Part shown: piece by piece, positions 38,683 to 49,142 of the stretch
Numbering within the stretch: position 1 is the stretch's first letter
Layout: each line of letters starts with the position of its first letter
From: Candidatus Palauibacter sp.
GTDB lineage: Bacteria; Gemmatimonadota; Gemmatimonadetes; Palauibacterales; Palauibacteraceae
DNA length: 64,000 bases
Assembly: GCF_965221685.1 (NCBI RefSeq)
Contig: NZ_OZ244907.1
Strand: one strand, 5' to 3'
The notes under the pieces: generated by a model
What the model was told of the DNA's origin: nothing
What the model saw: only the letters and a program-made list of their open reading frames with translations
The model's database searches: none
Translations under genes and position numbers: made by a program

Positions 38683-40022
38683 GTGCGCCCCCCCTGCACC
38701 CTGTCCCGGCTCATCCGCTCTCCCCTCACTTCCCTCATTCCCTCGCCGAGCCATGGTTCCACTCGACGAAGACACTCCTCGCCGTCAGACCGTTCGGCGA
38801 GCCACCGGATGGCGCGTGTCGGCCCGTGCAGAACCTTGTTGAGCGCCGCCTGACTCGCCAGCCTCAGAGCTTCGTCGGCGTCGTCGGGAGCCGGGGCGCG
38901 GGCGGCGACGGCATCGTCCAACAGCCGGCGAGCGGTGTTCCTCAGCGCCCGCACGGCCGGGTCCGCGCGACGACTTCGACGCCAGGCCCGGTATTTTGCG
39001 ACGTGCCGCTCGATGATCGCGTCCGCGCGCTCGCGCTCGTACTCGCGCGCCGCCCGGGCGCGATCCACGACGTGCCGCAGGTCGTCGATATTGTACAGGA
39101 ACACATCGGAGATCCCGGCCACACGCGGATCGACATTGCGGGGCACGGCGATGTCGAGGATCACGAGCTGCGCGCGCCCGTTTCGCGGGCCGCGGACGTG
39201 CCCCGCGCGGAGGAAGGCCGCCTCCGACTCCGTGCAGGTGACGACGAGATCCACGCGATCCAGGGCCTCGAGCGCCGCGCTCCTTCGCATCGGGAGCGCA
39301 TCGAGGGGCCGGCTCACGCGCTCGGCCCGGGCCGGGTCGCGGCTCGCGAGAAGCACACGCCTTGCCCCCTCCCGCTTCAGGCACTGCACCGTGAGTCTTC
39401 CCATCTCGCCGGTCCCGAGCACGAGTACGCTGCGGTCGTCGAGTGAGCCGAACACCTTCCGGGCGAGACCGACGGCGGCACCGGGGATCGAAGTCACGCC
39501 GCTCGCGATCGACGTGTCGGCCCGTACGCGCCCGCCGACCTCGAGGGCCGACTGGAACAGGCGATGCAGCACGGGTCCCACCATCGGACGCCCATCCCTG
39601 TAGGCTCCGCGGACCTGGCCCTGAATCTGCGGCTCGCCGACGATGAGCGATTCCAGTCCGCCGGTGACGCGGAACAGGTGGCGGACGGCGCTCGCCCCTT
39701 CGAGCGTGGCCAGGTACGAATCTCCCGCAGCCCCCAGACCCGACACTTCGCACAGCGCCTCGCGCCCGAGGCGGTCGAGCGTTTCCGCATCGCTTCCCGC
39801 CAGGTAGCACTCCGTCCGGTTGCAGGTGGAGAGCACGACGCACTCCGAAACGCCCGGTCTGGCCGTCAGATTCTCGACCCACTCGGCTCGTCGCCGTTCA
39901 CCGAGTGCGAAACGCTCCCGGACGTCGATCGGGGCCGTGCGGTGACTGAGTCCGATCGCGACGAGCGCGTCAGACCCGGCGGTCGCGGCTCCGCGTGCCT
40001 CAGAAGGGGAGATCGTCCTCAC
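38679..40022 (-). CDS. hemA: Glutamyl-tRNA reductase
   Basis: GLSHRTAP...RE, STCNRTE, GL.S...GE.QI.GQV, G.GEMG and DIAVPRNV. The nearest canonical start is a GTG inside the ssb 3' end. Confidence 0.93.
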   Translation of the reverse strand: MRTISPSEARGAATAGSDALVAIGLSHRTAPIDVRERFALGERRRAEWVENLTARPGVSECVVLSTCNRTECYLAGSDAETLDRLGREALCEVSGLGAAGDSYLATLEGASAVRHLFRVTGGLESLIVGEPQIQGQVRGAYRDGRPMVGPVLHRLFQSALEVGGRVRADTSIASGVTSIPGAAVGLARKVFGSLDDRSVLVLGTGEMGRLTVQCLKREGARRVLLASRDPARAERVSRPLDALPMRRSAALEALDRVDLVVTCTESEAAFLRAGHVRGPRNGRAQLVILDIAVPRNVDPRVAGISDVFLYNIDDLRHVVDRARAAREYERERADAIIERHVAKYRAWRRSRRADPAVRALRNTARRLLDDAVAARAPAPDDADEALRLASQAALNKVLHGPTRAIRWLAERSDGEECLRRVEPWLGEGMREVRGERMSRDRVQGGRT

Positions 40023-40440
40023 CCGCGACGGACCGGTTGGAGAACTCGGAGAAATCGGAACGCTCCTGCCGCGGCTCCGCCGCCGAATAGCTCTCTCCGC
40101 CGCCACCGCTGCTTCCGAGCATGATCATTTCGAGCGCGCGGATCTCCGTCGTATACCGCGTCTGGCCGTCCTGCCCCTCCCACTGCCGGTACTCGATCCG
40201 GCCTTCCACGTAGACCCGGTCGCCCTTGCGCAGGTATTGCTCGCAGATCTCGGCAAGACGGTCCCAGCAGACCACTCGATGCCACTCTGTCTTCTCCTGC
40301 TGGTCGCCGGCGCGAGTGGTCCAACGGCGGCTGGTCGCGACGGAGAGCGTCGCCACCCGCGTACCCGTGTTCGTCGACCGCACTTCCGGGTCCGCACCCA
40401 GGTTTCCGATGAGTGTCGCCTTGTTCAGACTGCGCGCCAT
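40000..40440 (-). CDS. ssb: Single-stranded DNA-binding protein
   Basis: NK..LIGNLG.DPE.R, TEWH, KG..VYVEG and C-terminal DDLPF. Confidence 0.97.
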   Translation of the reverse strand: MARSLNKATLIGNLGADPEVRSTNTGTRVATLSVATSRRWTTRAGDQQEKTEWHRVVCWDRLAEICEQYLRKGDRVYVEGRIEYRQWEGQDGQTRYTTEIRALEMIMLGSSGGGGESYSAAEPRQERSDFSEFSNRSVAGEDDLPF

Positions 40441-40516
40441 TCCCGCCTCCCCGCTGATCGACTTGAAGGTCCATGGTGGTGGTGATGTCCGGAAGGATCA
40501 AGGTAACGGAAAACGA

Positions 40517-40984
40517 TCAACGGACCAGCAACCGGCGCATGACGAGAGCGTCCTCCTTCGGACCCGCATAGTATCCGCGACGCCGTCCGACGATCTCGAA
40601 TCCCCGGCTTCGGTAGAGACCCTGCGCGCTTCGGTTCCCTTCCCGCACTTCGAGGAAGATGCGGACGACGCCCCGGGTCCGCGCTTCGCTGAGCACCGCG
40701 TCCACCAGTTCGCCCCCGATACCGCGCCGGCGGTCGTTCGGGGCCACGGCGAGATCGCCCAGTTCCGCCTCCCGCCCGACGAACCACACGGCGGCGTATC
40801 CGGCGATGCGCTCCTCTTCGCATACGGCGGAGAGGAGAACCGCGTCGCGGCGCCGCAGGAGGTTCCTGAACGTCCGTTCGGACCATGGTGTGGCGAAGCA
40901 GGCCTCCTCGATCTCCGTCACCTGCCCCAGATCCGCCTCGATGAGCGGCCGGATGCGAAGAACCTGTCTACCGGGATCCGCCAC
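40517..40984 (-). CDS. rimI: Ribosomal protein S18-alanine N-acetyltransferase
   Basis: IE..CF..PWS, LAV.P..RRRGIG and LEVR.GN..A..LY...GF...G.R.GYY..P.EDA..M. Start is 40984 or 41023. Confidence 0.9.
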   Translation of the reverse strand: MADPGRQVLRIRPLIEADLGQVTEIEEACFATPWSERTFRNLLRRRDAVLLSAVCEEERIAGYAAVWFVGREAELGDLAVAPNDRRRGIGGELVDAVLSEARTRGVVRIFLEVREGNRSAQGLYRSRGFEIVGRRRGYYAGPKEDALVMRRLLVR

Positions 40985-41651
40985 GGCGCCCGACCTGACG
41001 TTCGGCTCCGGAACTCCGGACATATCGGGGTTCCCACGCGTCGATGTCCACGGCCCGGCCAGCCGGGAGTCTCTCGGCCAACCACAGGAGCGCGCCCGCA
41101 CGCGGCACGCCGAGAAACGGGGGGAGCACCCTTCCGCCGCGAGCCTCGATCCTGGCTCGGTGCCGGATCGCACCCTCCCCGGCGAAGAACCATGAGCCAG
41201 GATCCTCCAACCCTTCGAGCCAGCGATCGATGTCGCACGCCTCCGGCCCGCGGATCGGGGCCTCCAGCGGGCCGTCGGCCCAGGCGGCTCCGTACACCTC
41301 GCCCCGCCGGGCGTCGAACAGCGCGCAAACGCGTTCACGCCCTGAGGAGGCGGCGACGGAGCGAAGGCTCGAATACGCGAAGAGCGGCACACCCCTCGCG
41401 TGACACCAGCCCTTCGCGAGCGAAGCCGCGATCCGCACGCCGGTGAAGGAGCCGGGCCCCGCCCCGATGATCACGCGTTCGATGCCGTCGACGCCGATCC
41501 GGGCCCGCGCGAGCATGCGCTCCACCTCGTCGAGCACGGTCTCCGAGTGCGTCGCGCGGACGGCCAGCGCGCATTCGGAAATCAGGGTGTCGCCGCGGCC
41601 CACGGCGATGCTGCCGAGGCTCGTACTCGTCTCGAGCGCCAGGCTCAACAC
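40968..41651 (-). CDS. tsaB: tRNA threonylcarbamoyladenosine biosynthesis protein TsaB
   Basis: LALETS, HSE, GPGSFTG.RI, DARRGEVY and P.Y.R. Confidence 0.94.
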   Translation of the reverse strand: MLSLALETSTSLGSIAVGRGDTLISECALAVRATHSETVLDEVERMLARARIGVDGIERVIIGAGPGSFTGVRIAASLAKGWCHARGVPLFAYSSLRSVAASSGRERVCALFDARRGEVYGAAWADGPLEAPIRGPEACDIDRWLEGLEDPGSWFFAGEGAIRHRARIEARGGRVLPPFLGVPRAGALLWLAERLPAGRAVDIDAWEPRYVRSSGAERQVGRRGGSR

Positions 41652-42166
41652 GCGGACGCCTCCTCCCCGCCGGCGTACGGGCCCGGATCCGGAACCGGCG
41701 GCACGCGGCCCAGCCCGCGCGCGGTCACCTGCCGCAGCGCCCCTGTGGCGCCCCCGACGGCCCCATCTGCCGCGTCCGCCCCCTGGGCGAACTCGAGCCG
41801 AACCTCCCAGCGGTCGACCGGAAGCTCTTCCCCGGCGCGCTCGGCCCACTCGACGAAGACCGCTCCCGGGTGGGCTTCGAGTTCCTCCCACCCGAGGGCG
41901 AGGAGCTCGGACGGATCGCGGAGACGGTACAGATCCGCGTGCCCGACCGGACCACGCTCGCCGGCATACCAGTGGACGAGCGTATAGGTCGGGCTCGTCA
42001 CGGCTTCGTCCACGCCCGCTCCGGCGCACGCCGCCTGCGCGAACCGCGTCTTCCCGGCGCCGAGCGGTCCGCTGAGCGCAACGAAGATCTCCTCGCGATC
42101 CGCGACCGCGCCGACCTCCCGCCCCCAGCGCGCGAGCCCCGCCTCGTCAAGCACGGCACTCCTCAT
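41645..42166 (-). CDS. tsaE: tRNA threonylcarbamoyladenosine biosynthesis ATPase TsaE
   Basis: [15 protein letters not shown]...Y, H.DLYRL and VEW. Confidence 0.95.
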   Translation of the reverse strand: MRSAVLDEAGLARWGREVGAVADREEIFVALSGPLGAGKTRFAQAACAGAGVDEAVTSPTYTLVHWYAGERGPVGHADLYRLRDPSELLALGWEELEAHPGAVFVEWAERAGEELPVDRWEVRLEFAQGADAADGAVGGATGALRQVTARGLGRVPPVPDPGPYAGGEEASAC

Positions 42167-44199
42167 GCCGGATCCCCTGCGGAGACCGGCGACCCCGGCG
42201 GTCGCGTCCCCTTCCCGTCGCCGATCCGGGCGCGGATCTCGAACAGTTCGTCCCGCAGCCGGGCCGCCGTCTCGAAGTCGAGCGCCGCCGCCGCGGCGCG
42301 CATGTCCTTCTCGATCGCCTCGGCCAACGCCTCCGGCGACAGTTCTTCGTAAGAACCTTCCCGTTCGTGCACGGCAGGCTGCGCCTCGCGCGCGTCGGCC
42401 ACCGCGGTCGAGAACCGGATCTCCCGCACCGACTTCACGATGGAGCGCGGCTCGATCCCGTGCTCCCGGTTGTATTCCGCCTGCACTTCGCGGCGGCGCG
42501 CCGTCTCATCCATCGCGCGCCGCATCGAGTCCGTCACTTTGTCCGCGTACAGAATCGCCTTCCCCGCGAGGTTCCGGGCCGCGCGCCCGATCGTCTGCAC
42601 GAGCGACCGATCCGAACGAAGGAAGCCCTCCTTGTCCGCGTCGAGGATCGCGACGAGGGAGACCTCCGGCAGGTCGAGGCCCTCGCGCAACAGATTGATC
42701 CCGACGAGGACATCGAACGTGCCCAGCCGCAGGTCGCGGAGGATCTTCACGCGGTCGATCGCCGCAATGTCCGAGTGCATGTAGCGCACCCGCACGCCCC
42801 GCACCGCGAGGAACTCCGACAGATCTTCCGCCATCCGCTTCGTGAGCGTCGTCACGAGCACGCGCTCGCGCCGTTCCGTCCGCCGGCGGATCTCGCCGAG
42901 CAGGTCGTCCACCTGCCCGCGGACCGGCCGCACCTCCACCTCCGGATCCAGCAATCCCGTCGGCCGAATCAACTGTTCGACGACAACCCCCTCGCTCTTG
43001 CGCAACTCGTACTCGCCCGGCGTCGCGCTGACGAAGATCGCGCGCGGCACAAGGTCTTCCCATTCCCGGAACGACAGCGGCCGGTTGTCGAGCGCGGACG
43101 GGAGCCTAAAACCGAACTCGACGAGTGTCGTCTTCCGACTGCGGTCCCCCTCGTACATGCCGCCGATCTGCGGGATCGACACGTGGGACTCGTCCACGAC
43201 GACGACATAGTCCTCCGGAAAATAGTCGAGGAGACAGTAGGGCCGGCTGCCCGGCGCCCGGCCGTCCAGGTGCCGGCTGTAGTTCTCGATCCCGGGACAG
43301 AACCCCACTTCCGTCAGCATTTCGAGATCGAATCGGGTGCGCTGCTCCAGGCGTTGCGCCTCGAGGAGCCGGCCATCCTGCCGCAGGTGCAGCAGCCGCT
43401 CCTCCAACTCCACGTAGATCGCGTGCCGGGCCTCCTCCAGTCGGTGGCCGAGCGTGGCGTAGTGCGTGGCCGGAAAGATCGAGGTTTCCGGAAGGCGCGT
43501 GATCGTGACGCCGGTCATCGGATCGATCTTCGAGATACGTTCGATCGCGTCGCCCCACATCTCGACCCTGACGCCCTGCTCCTCGTACGCGGGCAGGATC
43601 TCGATCACATCGCCCCGCACCCGGAACGTGCCGCGTACGAAATCGAGATCGTTCCTCGAATACTGGATCTGCACGAGTCCGGAGAGGATCTCCCGGCGGG
43701 AGATCTCCTGCCCTTCGCGCAGCGTGAGCATGAGTTCGCGGTACCCCACCGGATCCCCGAGCCCATAGATCGCGGATACGGAGGCGACGACAATCACATC
43801 TTGCCGTTCCATGAGGGCGGACGTCGCGCGAAGTCGCAGTCGATCTATGTCCTCATTGATCGATGCATCTTTCTCTATGAAAGTATCCGTCGCGGGAACA
43901 TAGGCCTCGGGCTGGTAATAGTCGTAGTAGGAGATAAAGTACTCGACGGCATTGCGGGGAAAGAACTGCCGCAGTTCTCCATACAGCTGAGCGGCGAGCG
44001 TCTTGTTGTGGCTCATGACCAGCGTCGGGCGATTGACCTCGGCAATCATCGCGGCCAGCGTCACGGTCTTTCCGCTGCCGGTCACGCCCAGCAGCGTCTG
44101 CCACTTGTCGCCGCGGCGCACGCCCTCGGCCAACTCACGGATCGCGGTGGGCTGGTCGCCCATCGGGTCGAATGGAAGCTGAAGGTCGAAGCGGGGCAT
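42163..44199 (-). CDS. uvrB: Excinuclease ABC subunit B
   Basis: [51 protein letters not shown] and UVR domain. Confidence 0.98.
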   Translation of the reverse strand: MPRFDLQLPFDPMGDQPTAIRELAEGVRRGDKWQTLLGVTGSGKTVTLAAMIAEVNRPTLVMSHNKTLAAQLYGELRQFFPRNAVEYFISYYDYYQPEAYVPATDTFIEKDASINEDIDRLRLRATSALMERQDVIVVASVSAIYGLGDPVGYRELMLTLREGQEISRREILSGLVQIQYSRNDLDFVRGTFRVRGDVIEILPAYEEQGVRVEMWGDAIERISKIDPMTGVTITRLPETSIFPATHYATLGHRLEEARHAIYVELEERLLHLRQDGRLLEAQRLEQRTRFDLEMLTEVGFCPGIENYSRHLDGRAPGSRPYCLLDYFPEDYVVVVDESHVSIPQIGGMYEGDRSRKTTLVEFGFRLPSALDNRPLSFREWEDLVPRAIFVSATPGEYELRKSEGVVVEQLIRPTGLLDPEVEVRPVRGQVDDLLGEIRRRTERRERVLVTTLTKRMAEDLSEFLAVRGVRVRYMHSDIAAIDRVKILRDLRLGTFDVLVGINLLREGLDLPEVSLVAILDADKEGFLRSDRSLVQTIGRAARNLAGKAILYADKVTDSMRRAMDETARRREVQAEYNREHGIEPRSIVKSVREIRFSTAVADAREAQPAVHEREGSYEELSPEALAEAIEKDMRAAAAALDFETAARLRDELFEIRARIGDGKGTRPPGSPVSAGDPA

Positions 44200-44216
44200 G
44201 GTCTCGGGTCAGCCGG

Positions 44217-46439
44217 TCACTCGATGGTGAGGCCGCTCTCCCCGAAGGACTCCTTCCGTTCGACGGAGATGACGCCCTTCACGCCCTGAACCTTGCGCAT
44301 GACTTTCTGCAGATGCGTCAGGTTCTCGACTTCGACAACGAACTGCCCACGCATCCCTCCCTCGACCCCCTTGATGTCGGCCGACTGAATGTTCGTGCCG
44401 GTGTCGCTGACCGCGCGCGCGATGTCCGCGAACAGACCGTGGCGGTCCGTCCCCTCCATGACGATGCGGATCAGGAACCGGCGCTCCCCGTGCGCCTGCC
44501 ACTCGATTTCCACCCGGCGCTCGGGCGCGTTGGAAAGGTTGAGGACGTTCGGACAGTCCTGCCTGTGGATCGAGACGCCGCGGCCCCGGGTGATATAGCC
44601 GATGACCCGGTCTCCCGGGACCGGCTGGCAGCATTGGGAGTACCGGACCATCAGGTTTTCCATCCCCTGGATTCGGATCCCCTGCCCGCCCCCGCCCCAG
44701 ACCTTGTCCACGAGCTTGTGGAGCGGACTCGGACTCTTCTGCGGCACCTCCGGGATGACCTCGGGGAGGATGGCCCGCATCACGCGCGTGAGCCCCACGT
44801 CGCCCCGGCCAGCCGCCGCATAGAGGGCATCCGATCCGTCGTATCCCAGCGTCTCGCACGCCGCCTTGAGGGCCGCTTCGTCCACCTTCCCCCGACGGCG
44901 GCGCCGCCACTCCCGTTGAACGATGTCCTTCCCCAGCTGGAGCGCGGACTCCTGCTCTTCATCCCGGATCCACTGCCGGATCTCGTGGCGGGCCTTGCTG
45001 CTCCGCACGAAGCCCAGCCAATCCCGGCTCGGCGTCTGCGAATCGGAGGTGAGGATGTGCACGGTGTCCCCGTTCCGGAGCGGACGGCTGAGCGGGGCGA
45101 TCCGTTCGTTCACCTTCGCGCCCTTGCAGCGCAGCCCGACCTCGGTGTGCACGGCAAAGGCGAAGTCGATGGGCGTGGCCCCTTTCGGCAACTGCTTGAC
45201 GTCTCCGGCCGGAGTGAAGACGAAGATCTCATCCTGGAACAGGTCGATGCGGAGGAACTCCATGAACTCCTCCGGCTCGCGCGTCTCCTGCTGCCATTCG
45301 AGTACCTGCCGGAACCACGCGAGTTCGTCGTCGACGTCGTCCCCGGACCGCCCCTCCTTGTAGCGCCAGTGAGCCGCGATCCCGTACTCGGCGGTGCGGT
45401 GCATCTCGTGCGTGCGGATCTGGATCTCGTACAGCGCACCGCCGGGGCCGAAGATCGTCGTGTGCAGGCTCTGGTACATGTTCGACTTCGGCGTGGCGAT
45501 GAAGTCGTGGAAGCGCTCGGTGAGCGGAGTCCACTTGTTGTGGACGATGCCGAGGGCGTGGTAGCAGTCGCGCACGGAGTCCACGATGAGCCGCATCGCC
45601 AGCGTATCGTAGACCTCTTCGTACGGCTTGTCGCGCTTCACCATCTTGCCGTAGATGGACCAGAGGTGCTTGGGGCGTCCCGTGACCTCGCAACCGACCC
45701 CGGCGGCGTCCAGTTCGGCCCGGAGCGGTTCCTCCATGCGTCGGATCAATCCTTCGCGCTCGCCCCGCGTGGCGTTGACCTCCTTCACGAGCTTCCTGTA
45801 CCCCTCGGGTTCCAGGAATTTGAAGGCGAGATCTTCGAGCTCCCACTTGAGGCGGGCCACCCCGAGACGGTGGGCGAGTGGCGCGTAGATTTCCCGGGTT
45901 TCGAGCGCGATCCGCTCGCGGGCGCCCGCCGGCATGTGCTCCAGCGTCCGCATGTTGTGGAGACGGTCCGCGAGCTTGACCATGATCACGCGCGCGTCGC
46001 GGGCCATGGAGAGGAGGAGTTTCCGGTAGGTCTCGACCTGCCGTTCCGCCATGGAGCCGAACGCGAACAGCGAGATCTTCGTGAGGCCGTCCACGATGAT
46101 GGCGATCTCCTCGCCGAACTCCGTCCGGATCTCGTCCACGGTCGTATCCGTGTCCTCCACCACGTCGTGGAGGAGCGAAGCGGCGATGCTCACGGTGTCG
46201 AGCCGGATCTCGATGAGGATCTTGGCAACCTCCACGCAGTGGCGGATATAGTCCTCGCCCGAGCGGCGCTTCTGGCCCTCGTGTTTCTCCAGGCTGTACT
46301 GGAACGCAAGGGCGAGCAGATCGAGGTCGAGGCGGGCCTCGTAGCCCTCGATCGCCTTCATGAAGTCCTCGGGCAGCAGCGAACGCGGGCCCGCTCCCGG
46401 CGCGGCCCGGCCCACTTCCCGCTTGAGGCTGCTCTCCAC
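44217..46439 (-). CDS. rel: Bifunctional (p)ppGpp synthetase/hydrolase (long RSH)
   Basis: HD motif LLHDVVED, KLADRLHNMRTL, YQSLHT, EIQIRT, TGS (TPIDFAF.VHT), CC.P.PGD and ACT domain. Confidence 0.96.
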   Translation of the reverse strand: MESSLKREVGRAAPGAGPRSLLPEDFMKAIEGYEARLDLDLLALAFQYSLEKHEGQKRRSGEDYIRHCVEVAKILIEIRLDTVSIAASLLHDVVEDTDTTVDEIRTEFGEEIAIIVDGLTKISLFAFGSMAERQVETYRKLLLSMARDARVIMVKLADRLHNMRTLEHMPAGARERIALETREIYAPLAHRLGVARLKWELEDLAFKFLEPEGYRKLVKEVNATRGEREGLIRRMEEPLRAELDAAGVGCEVTGRPKHLWSIYGKMVKRDKPYEEVYDTLAMRLIVDSVRDCYHALGIVHNKWTPLTERFHDFIATPKSNMYQSLHTTIFGPGGALYEIQIRTHEMHRTAEYGIAAHWRYKEGRSGDDVDDELAWFRQVLEWQQETREPEEFMEFLRIDLFQDEIFVFTPAGDVKQLPKGATPIDFAFAVHTEVGLRCKGAKVNERIAPLSRPLRNGDTVHILTSDSQTPSRDWLGFVRSSKARHEIRQWIRDEEQESALQLGKDIVQREWRRRRRGKVDEAALKAACETLGYDGSDALYAAAGRGDVGLTRVMRAILPEVIPEVPQKSPSPLHKLVDKVWGGGGQGIRIQGMENLMVRYSQCCQPVPGDRVIGYITRGRGVSIHRQDCPNVLNLSNAPERRVEIEWQAHGERRFLIRIVMEGTDRHGLFADIARAVSDTGTNIQSADIKGVEGGMRGQFVVEVENLTHLQKVMRKVQGVKGVISVERKESFGESGLTIE

Positions 46440-46575
46440 GCTTCGCGCTCCGTCCCAGAGACGTCACCGCCCAAGCGCCGCGATCCATCGGCGCGGGCAA
46501 CCTGTAAAGGTAGCAGTAGCGCGCGAGTTCGGCGCGGGCCGGGCAGGCAGCGTGTGTTGCCTCCGGGACGCGACG

Positions 46576-47259
46576 TCAGCAGATGCCGCGTTCGCGAAGG
46601 CTTACGTAGGCGCGGTCGCCGAGGATGATGTGGTCGCGGACGGGGATGCCGAGGAGCCGGCCGCTCTCGACGAGCTGGCAGGTCACGGCGATGTCTTCGG
46701 GCGACGGTTCGGGTTCGCCGCTCGGATGGTTGTGGGCGAGGATGACGGAGGCGGCGGCCGTGGCGATCGCCGGCGCGAATACTTCCCGCGGATGAACGAG
46801 CGAGCTGTTCAGGAGCCCCACCGTGAGTCGTCGCTCGAGCAGGACCTGGCTCTGTGTATCTAGGTAGATGACCCAGAATTCCTCCTGCCGGCGGTCCCGC
46901 AGCAGAGGGCCGAGGCGTCCGAACACGTCGGCCGGACTGCGGATGCGCGCGCTGGCGCGGGCGGGCTCGGCCGCCTGCCGCCGTCCAAGCGCGAGCGCCG
47001 CGGCCACGGCGGCCGAACGGGCGGGGCCGACCCCCCCGGTCCGCTCGAGTTCGGCCGGTTCCGCCTGCCCCATCTCCCTCAGCGAACCGCCGAAGTCCGC
47101 CAGCAGACGGCCGGCGACGTCCACGGCGGAGCGCCCCGTCGCGCCCCCACCGAGCACGACCGCGAGCAGTTCCGTCGTCGAGAGCGCATCGGGGCTGAAG
47201 CGGCGCAGCCGCTCCCGCGGACGTTCGCTCGCCGGGAGTTCGAGGATCTTCGGAGCCAT
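46576..47259 (-). CDS. radC: RadC-family JAB/MPN domain protein
   Basis: RPRERL...L...ELLA, HhH region, VHPREVF, HNHPSG...PS.ED and DHII.G. Confidence 0.93.
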   Translation of the reverse strand: MAPKILELPASERPRERLRRFSPDALSTTELLAVVLGGGATGRSAVDVAGRLLADFGGSLREMGQAEPAELERTGGVGPARSAAVAAALALGRRQAAEPARASARIRSPADVFGRLGPLLRDRRQEEFWVIYLDTQSQVLLERRLTVGLLNSSLVHPREVFAPAIATAAASVILAHNHPSGEPEPSPEDIAVTCQLVESGRLLGIPVRDHIILGDRAYVSLRERGIC

Positions 47260-47470
47260 GCCGTCATGTATCCCGGCGGCCATGAATTCCGTCTCAACTC
47301 CGGGGTAGCGGGAGGTATATCGTCCTCGGCGCCGGTGGCACGCCCGGATCCGATCTCGCATGTTGCGGGCACCCTGGCGGTCGAGGACGAACAGCCGAGC
47401 CGGGGCAGGAATCGCGCGCTTGACGGCGCGAACTCCCGAATCCCCGTCTCAATACCGCCAGGAGGACCAC

Positions 47471-48304
47471 ATGAATGCACGATGTCGCGGTATCGCCGCC
47501 GCCACGACGCTCACCCTCGCCGCCGTTCTCGCCTCGTGCGGGCAGTCCCCCGCCGTCCGGACCATCCCCACCGAGGGGCCGCTCCGGCTGCGGATGGCAC
47601 CGCCCGAGGGTCAGGTTTCCCGCTACGCCTACTCCATGGAAACGAGCATCGAGAGTCCAATGATGCCCTCGACCGGCGGCCCGCTCGTCACCATGGCCTG
47701 GCAGCAGGTCCAGACGGTCCTGAGCGCGGACGACGAGGTGATTCGCGTCCGCGGGGCGATCGATTCGGCCAGCACGACGATGGGGCTGCCGATGCCGGGG
47801 ATGGACGACATGTTGCCCGACCTCTCCGGCATGTCCTTCACCGTCGACATGGATCCGCGCGGCAGCGTCCTGCAGGTCGTGGAGAGCCAGGGAGTCCCGG
47901 AAGATGCCGGGGTGACCGTCGAGAGCATGCTGCAGGGAGCCGGCCATTCCGTGCTGCCCGAGGAGGAGGTCAGTCCGGGGGATTCCTGGCTGGTCGAGAC
48001 GCCGATCGAGCTCCCGATGGGGACCGGCGGAACGATGTCGATGGACATGGAATTCACCTACACGTTCGTGAGTCTCGCCGACGGCCTCGCCACCCTTTCG
48101 TTCGAGGGGCCGATGGACATGGACATGGACTTCCAGGGCATGTCCATGAGCGGCGCGGGGACCCTGTCCGGAACGCTGGTCGTCGACCTCGTCGAGGGTC
48201 GGAATGTCAGCCAGACGAGCCGGCAGAGCATGGAGATGAGCGTGGCCGGGACGTCGATGACGGTGAATACCACGACGACACTCGAACTGATGCCGGACCG
48301 TTGA
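47471..48304 (+). CDS. Met-rich exported beta-rich lipoprotein (DUF6263-like), paralog 1
   Basis: AGGAGG RBS upstream, lipobox LASC, LR.APPEGQVSRY and LPE..V..GDSW. Aligns along its length with 48363..49142. Confidence 0.7.
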   Translation: MNARCRGIAAATTLTLAAVLASCGQSPAVRTIPTEGPLRLRMAPPEGQVSRYAYSMETSIESPMMPSTGGPLVTMAWQQVQTVLSADDEVIRVRGAIDSASTTMGLPMPGMDDMLPDLSGMSFTVDMDPRGSVLQVVESQGVPEDAGVTVESMLQGAGHSVLPEEEVSPGDSWLVETPIELPMGTGGTMSMDMEFTYTFVSLADGLATLSFEGPMDMDMDFQGMSMSGAGTLSGTLVVDLVEGRNVSQTSRQSMEMSVAGTSMTVNTTTTLELMPDR

Positions 48305-48362
48305 CGCGGAACCGGCCACCGGAAGTCCCGAACCTGAAGCCCGGAACCTCAATGGAGGACCA

Positions 48363-49142
48363 ATGAAATCAGTCCTTCGCGGCGTCGGCGCCGCGACCAT
48401 CGCCCTCGCTTTCGCTCTCCCCGTAAGCGGACAGACGCTCCTTCGCCTCGCCCCGCCCGAGGGTCAGGTGAGTCGCTACGTCTACTCCATGGAGATGACC
48501 ATGGAGAATCCCATGATGCCCACCTCCGGTCCCGCGCTGAGCGTGCGTGCGGATCAGACGCTGACGATCCTCGGTGCGACGGACGAGGGCATCCGCGCGC
48601 GCGTGGCGATCGACTCGGCCGCGACGACGTCGGCCATCCCCGGGGCCGTACTGCCGGATCTGTCGGGCACATCCCTGACGGTCGAGATGGATCCGCGCGG
48701 TCGGCTGATGAACGTCGCTTCCGACGAGCCCGTCGGCTCTCCGGCCGGCGAGGTGGCGCAGGAATTCCTGGAAGGCGCGAACTTCTTCTGGCTACCCGAG
48801 GCCGGGGTCGCCGCCGGCGATTCCTGGACCGACGCAGTACCGGTCCCCATATCCCTGGGCGGCCCGGCGCAGACGACCGAGGTGGAATTCACCTACACCG
48901 TCACGAGCCTCGGAGACGGCCAGGCGACGATCACCTTCGCGGGCCCGGTGGAAGCCACTCTCGACATGGGGGGAATGCCGGCGGGCATCAGCGGAGAACT
49001 GAACGGGTCCATGGTTGTGGATCTGGCGGCGGGCCGATACGTGCGTCAGGAGAGCATGATGACGCTCGAAATGGCGATTGGCGGAATGGCCATGCCCATG
49101 GAGACGACGACGACCCTCGAACTCGTCACCGATCCGGGTTAG
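48363..49142 (+). CDS. Exported beta-rich protein (DUF6263-like), paralog 2
   Basis: GGAGG RBS, Sec signal ending VSG-Q, and the same motifs as paralog 1. Overlaps the convergent cocE end by 17 bp. Confidence 0.7.
   Translation: MKSVLRGVGAATIALAFALPVSGQTLLRLAPPEGQVSRYVYSMEMTMENPMMPTSGPALSVRADQTLTILGATDEGIRARVAIDSAATTSAIPGAVLPDLSGTSLTVEMDPRGRLMNVASDEPVGSPAGEVAQEFLEGANFFWLPEAGVAAGDSWTDAVPVPISLGGPAQTTEVEFTYTVTSLGDGQATITFAGPVEATLDMGGMPAGISGELNGSMVVDLAAGRYVRQESMMTLEMAIGGMAMPMETTTTLELVTDPG

Noticed and set aside
39960-40022. hemA seemingly lacking a start codon after the ssb stop
   Set aside because: An in-frame GTG at 40022 inside the ssb 3' end gives a plausible start, and the catalytic motifs are intact.
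40425-40886. ORF containing a poly-His run (HHHHH) upstream of ssb
   Set aside because: It is an alternate frame of rimI plus intergenic CAC/CAT triplets, with no evidence of coding.
46576-47259. radC as a marker of a mobile element or defence island
   Set aside because: It is the full-length chromosomal type with an N-terminal domain. No integrase, transposase, att repeats or defence genes are visible nearby.
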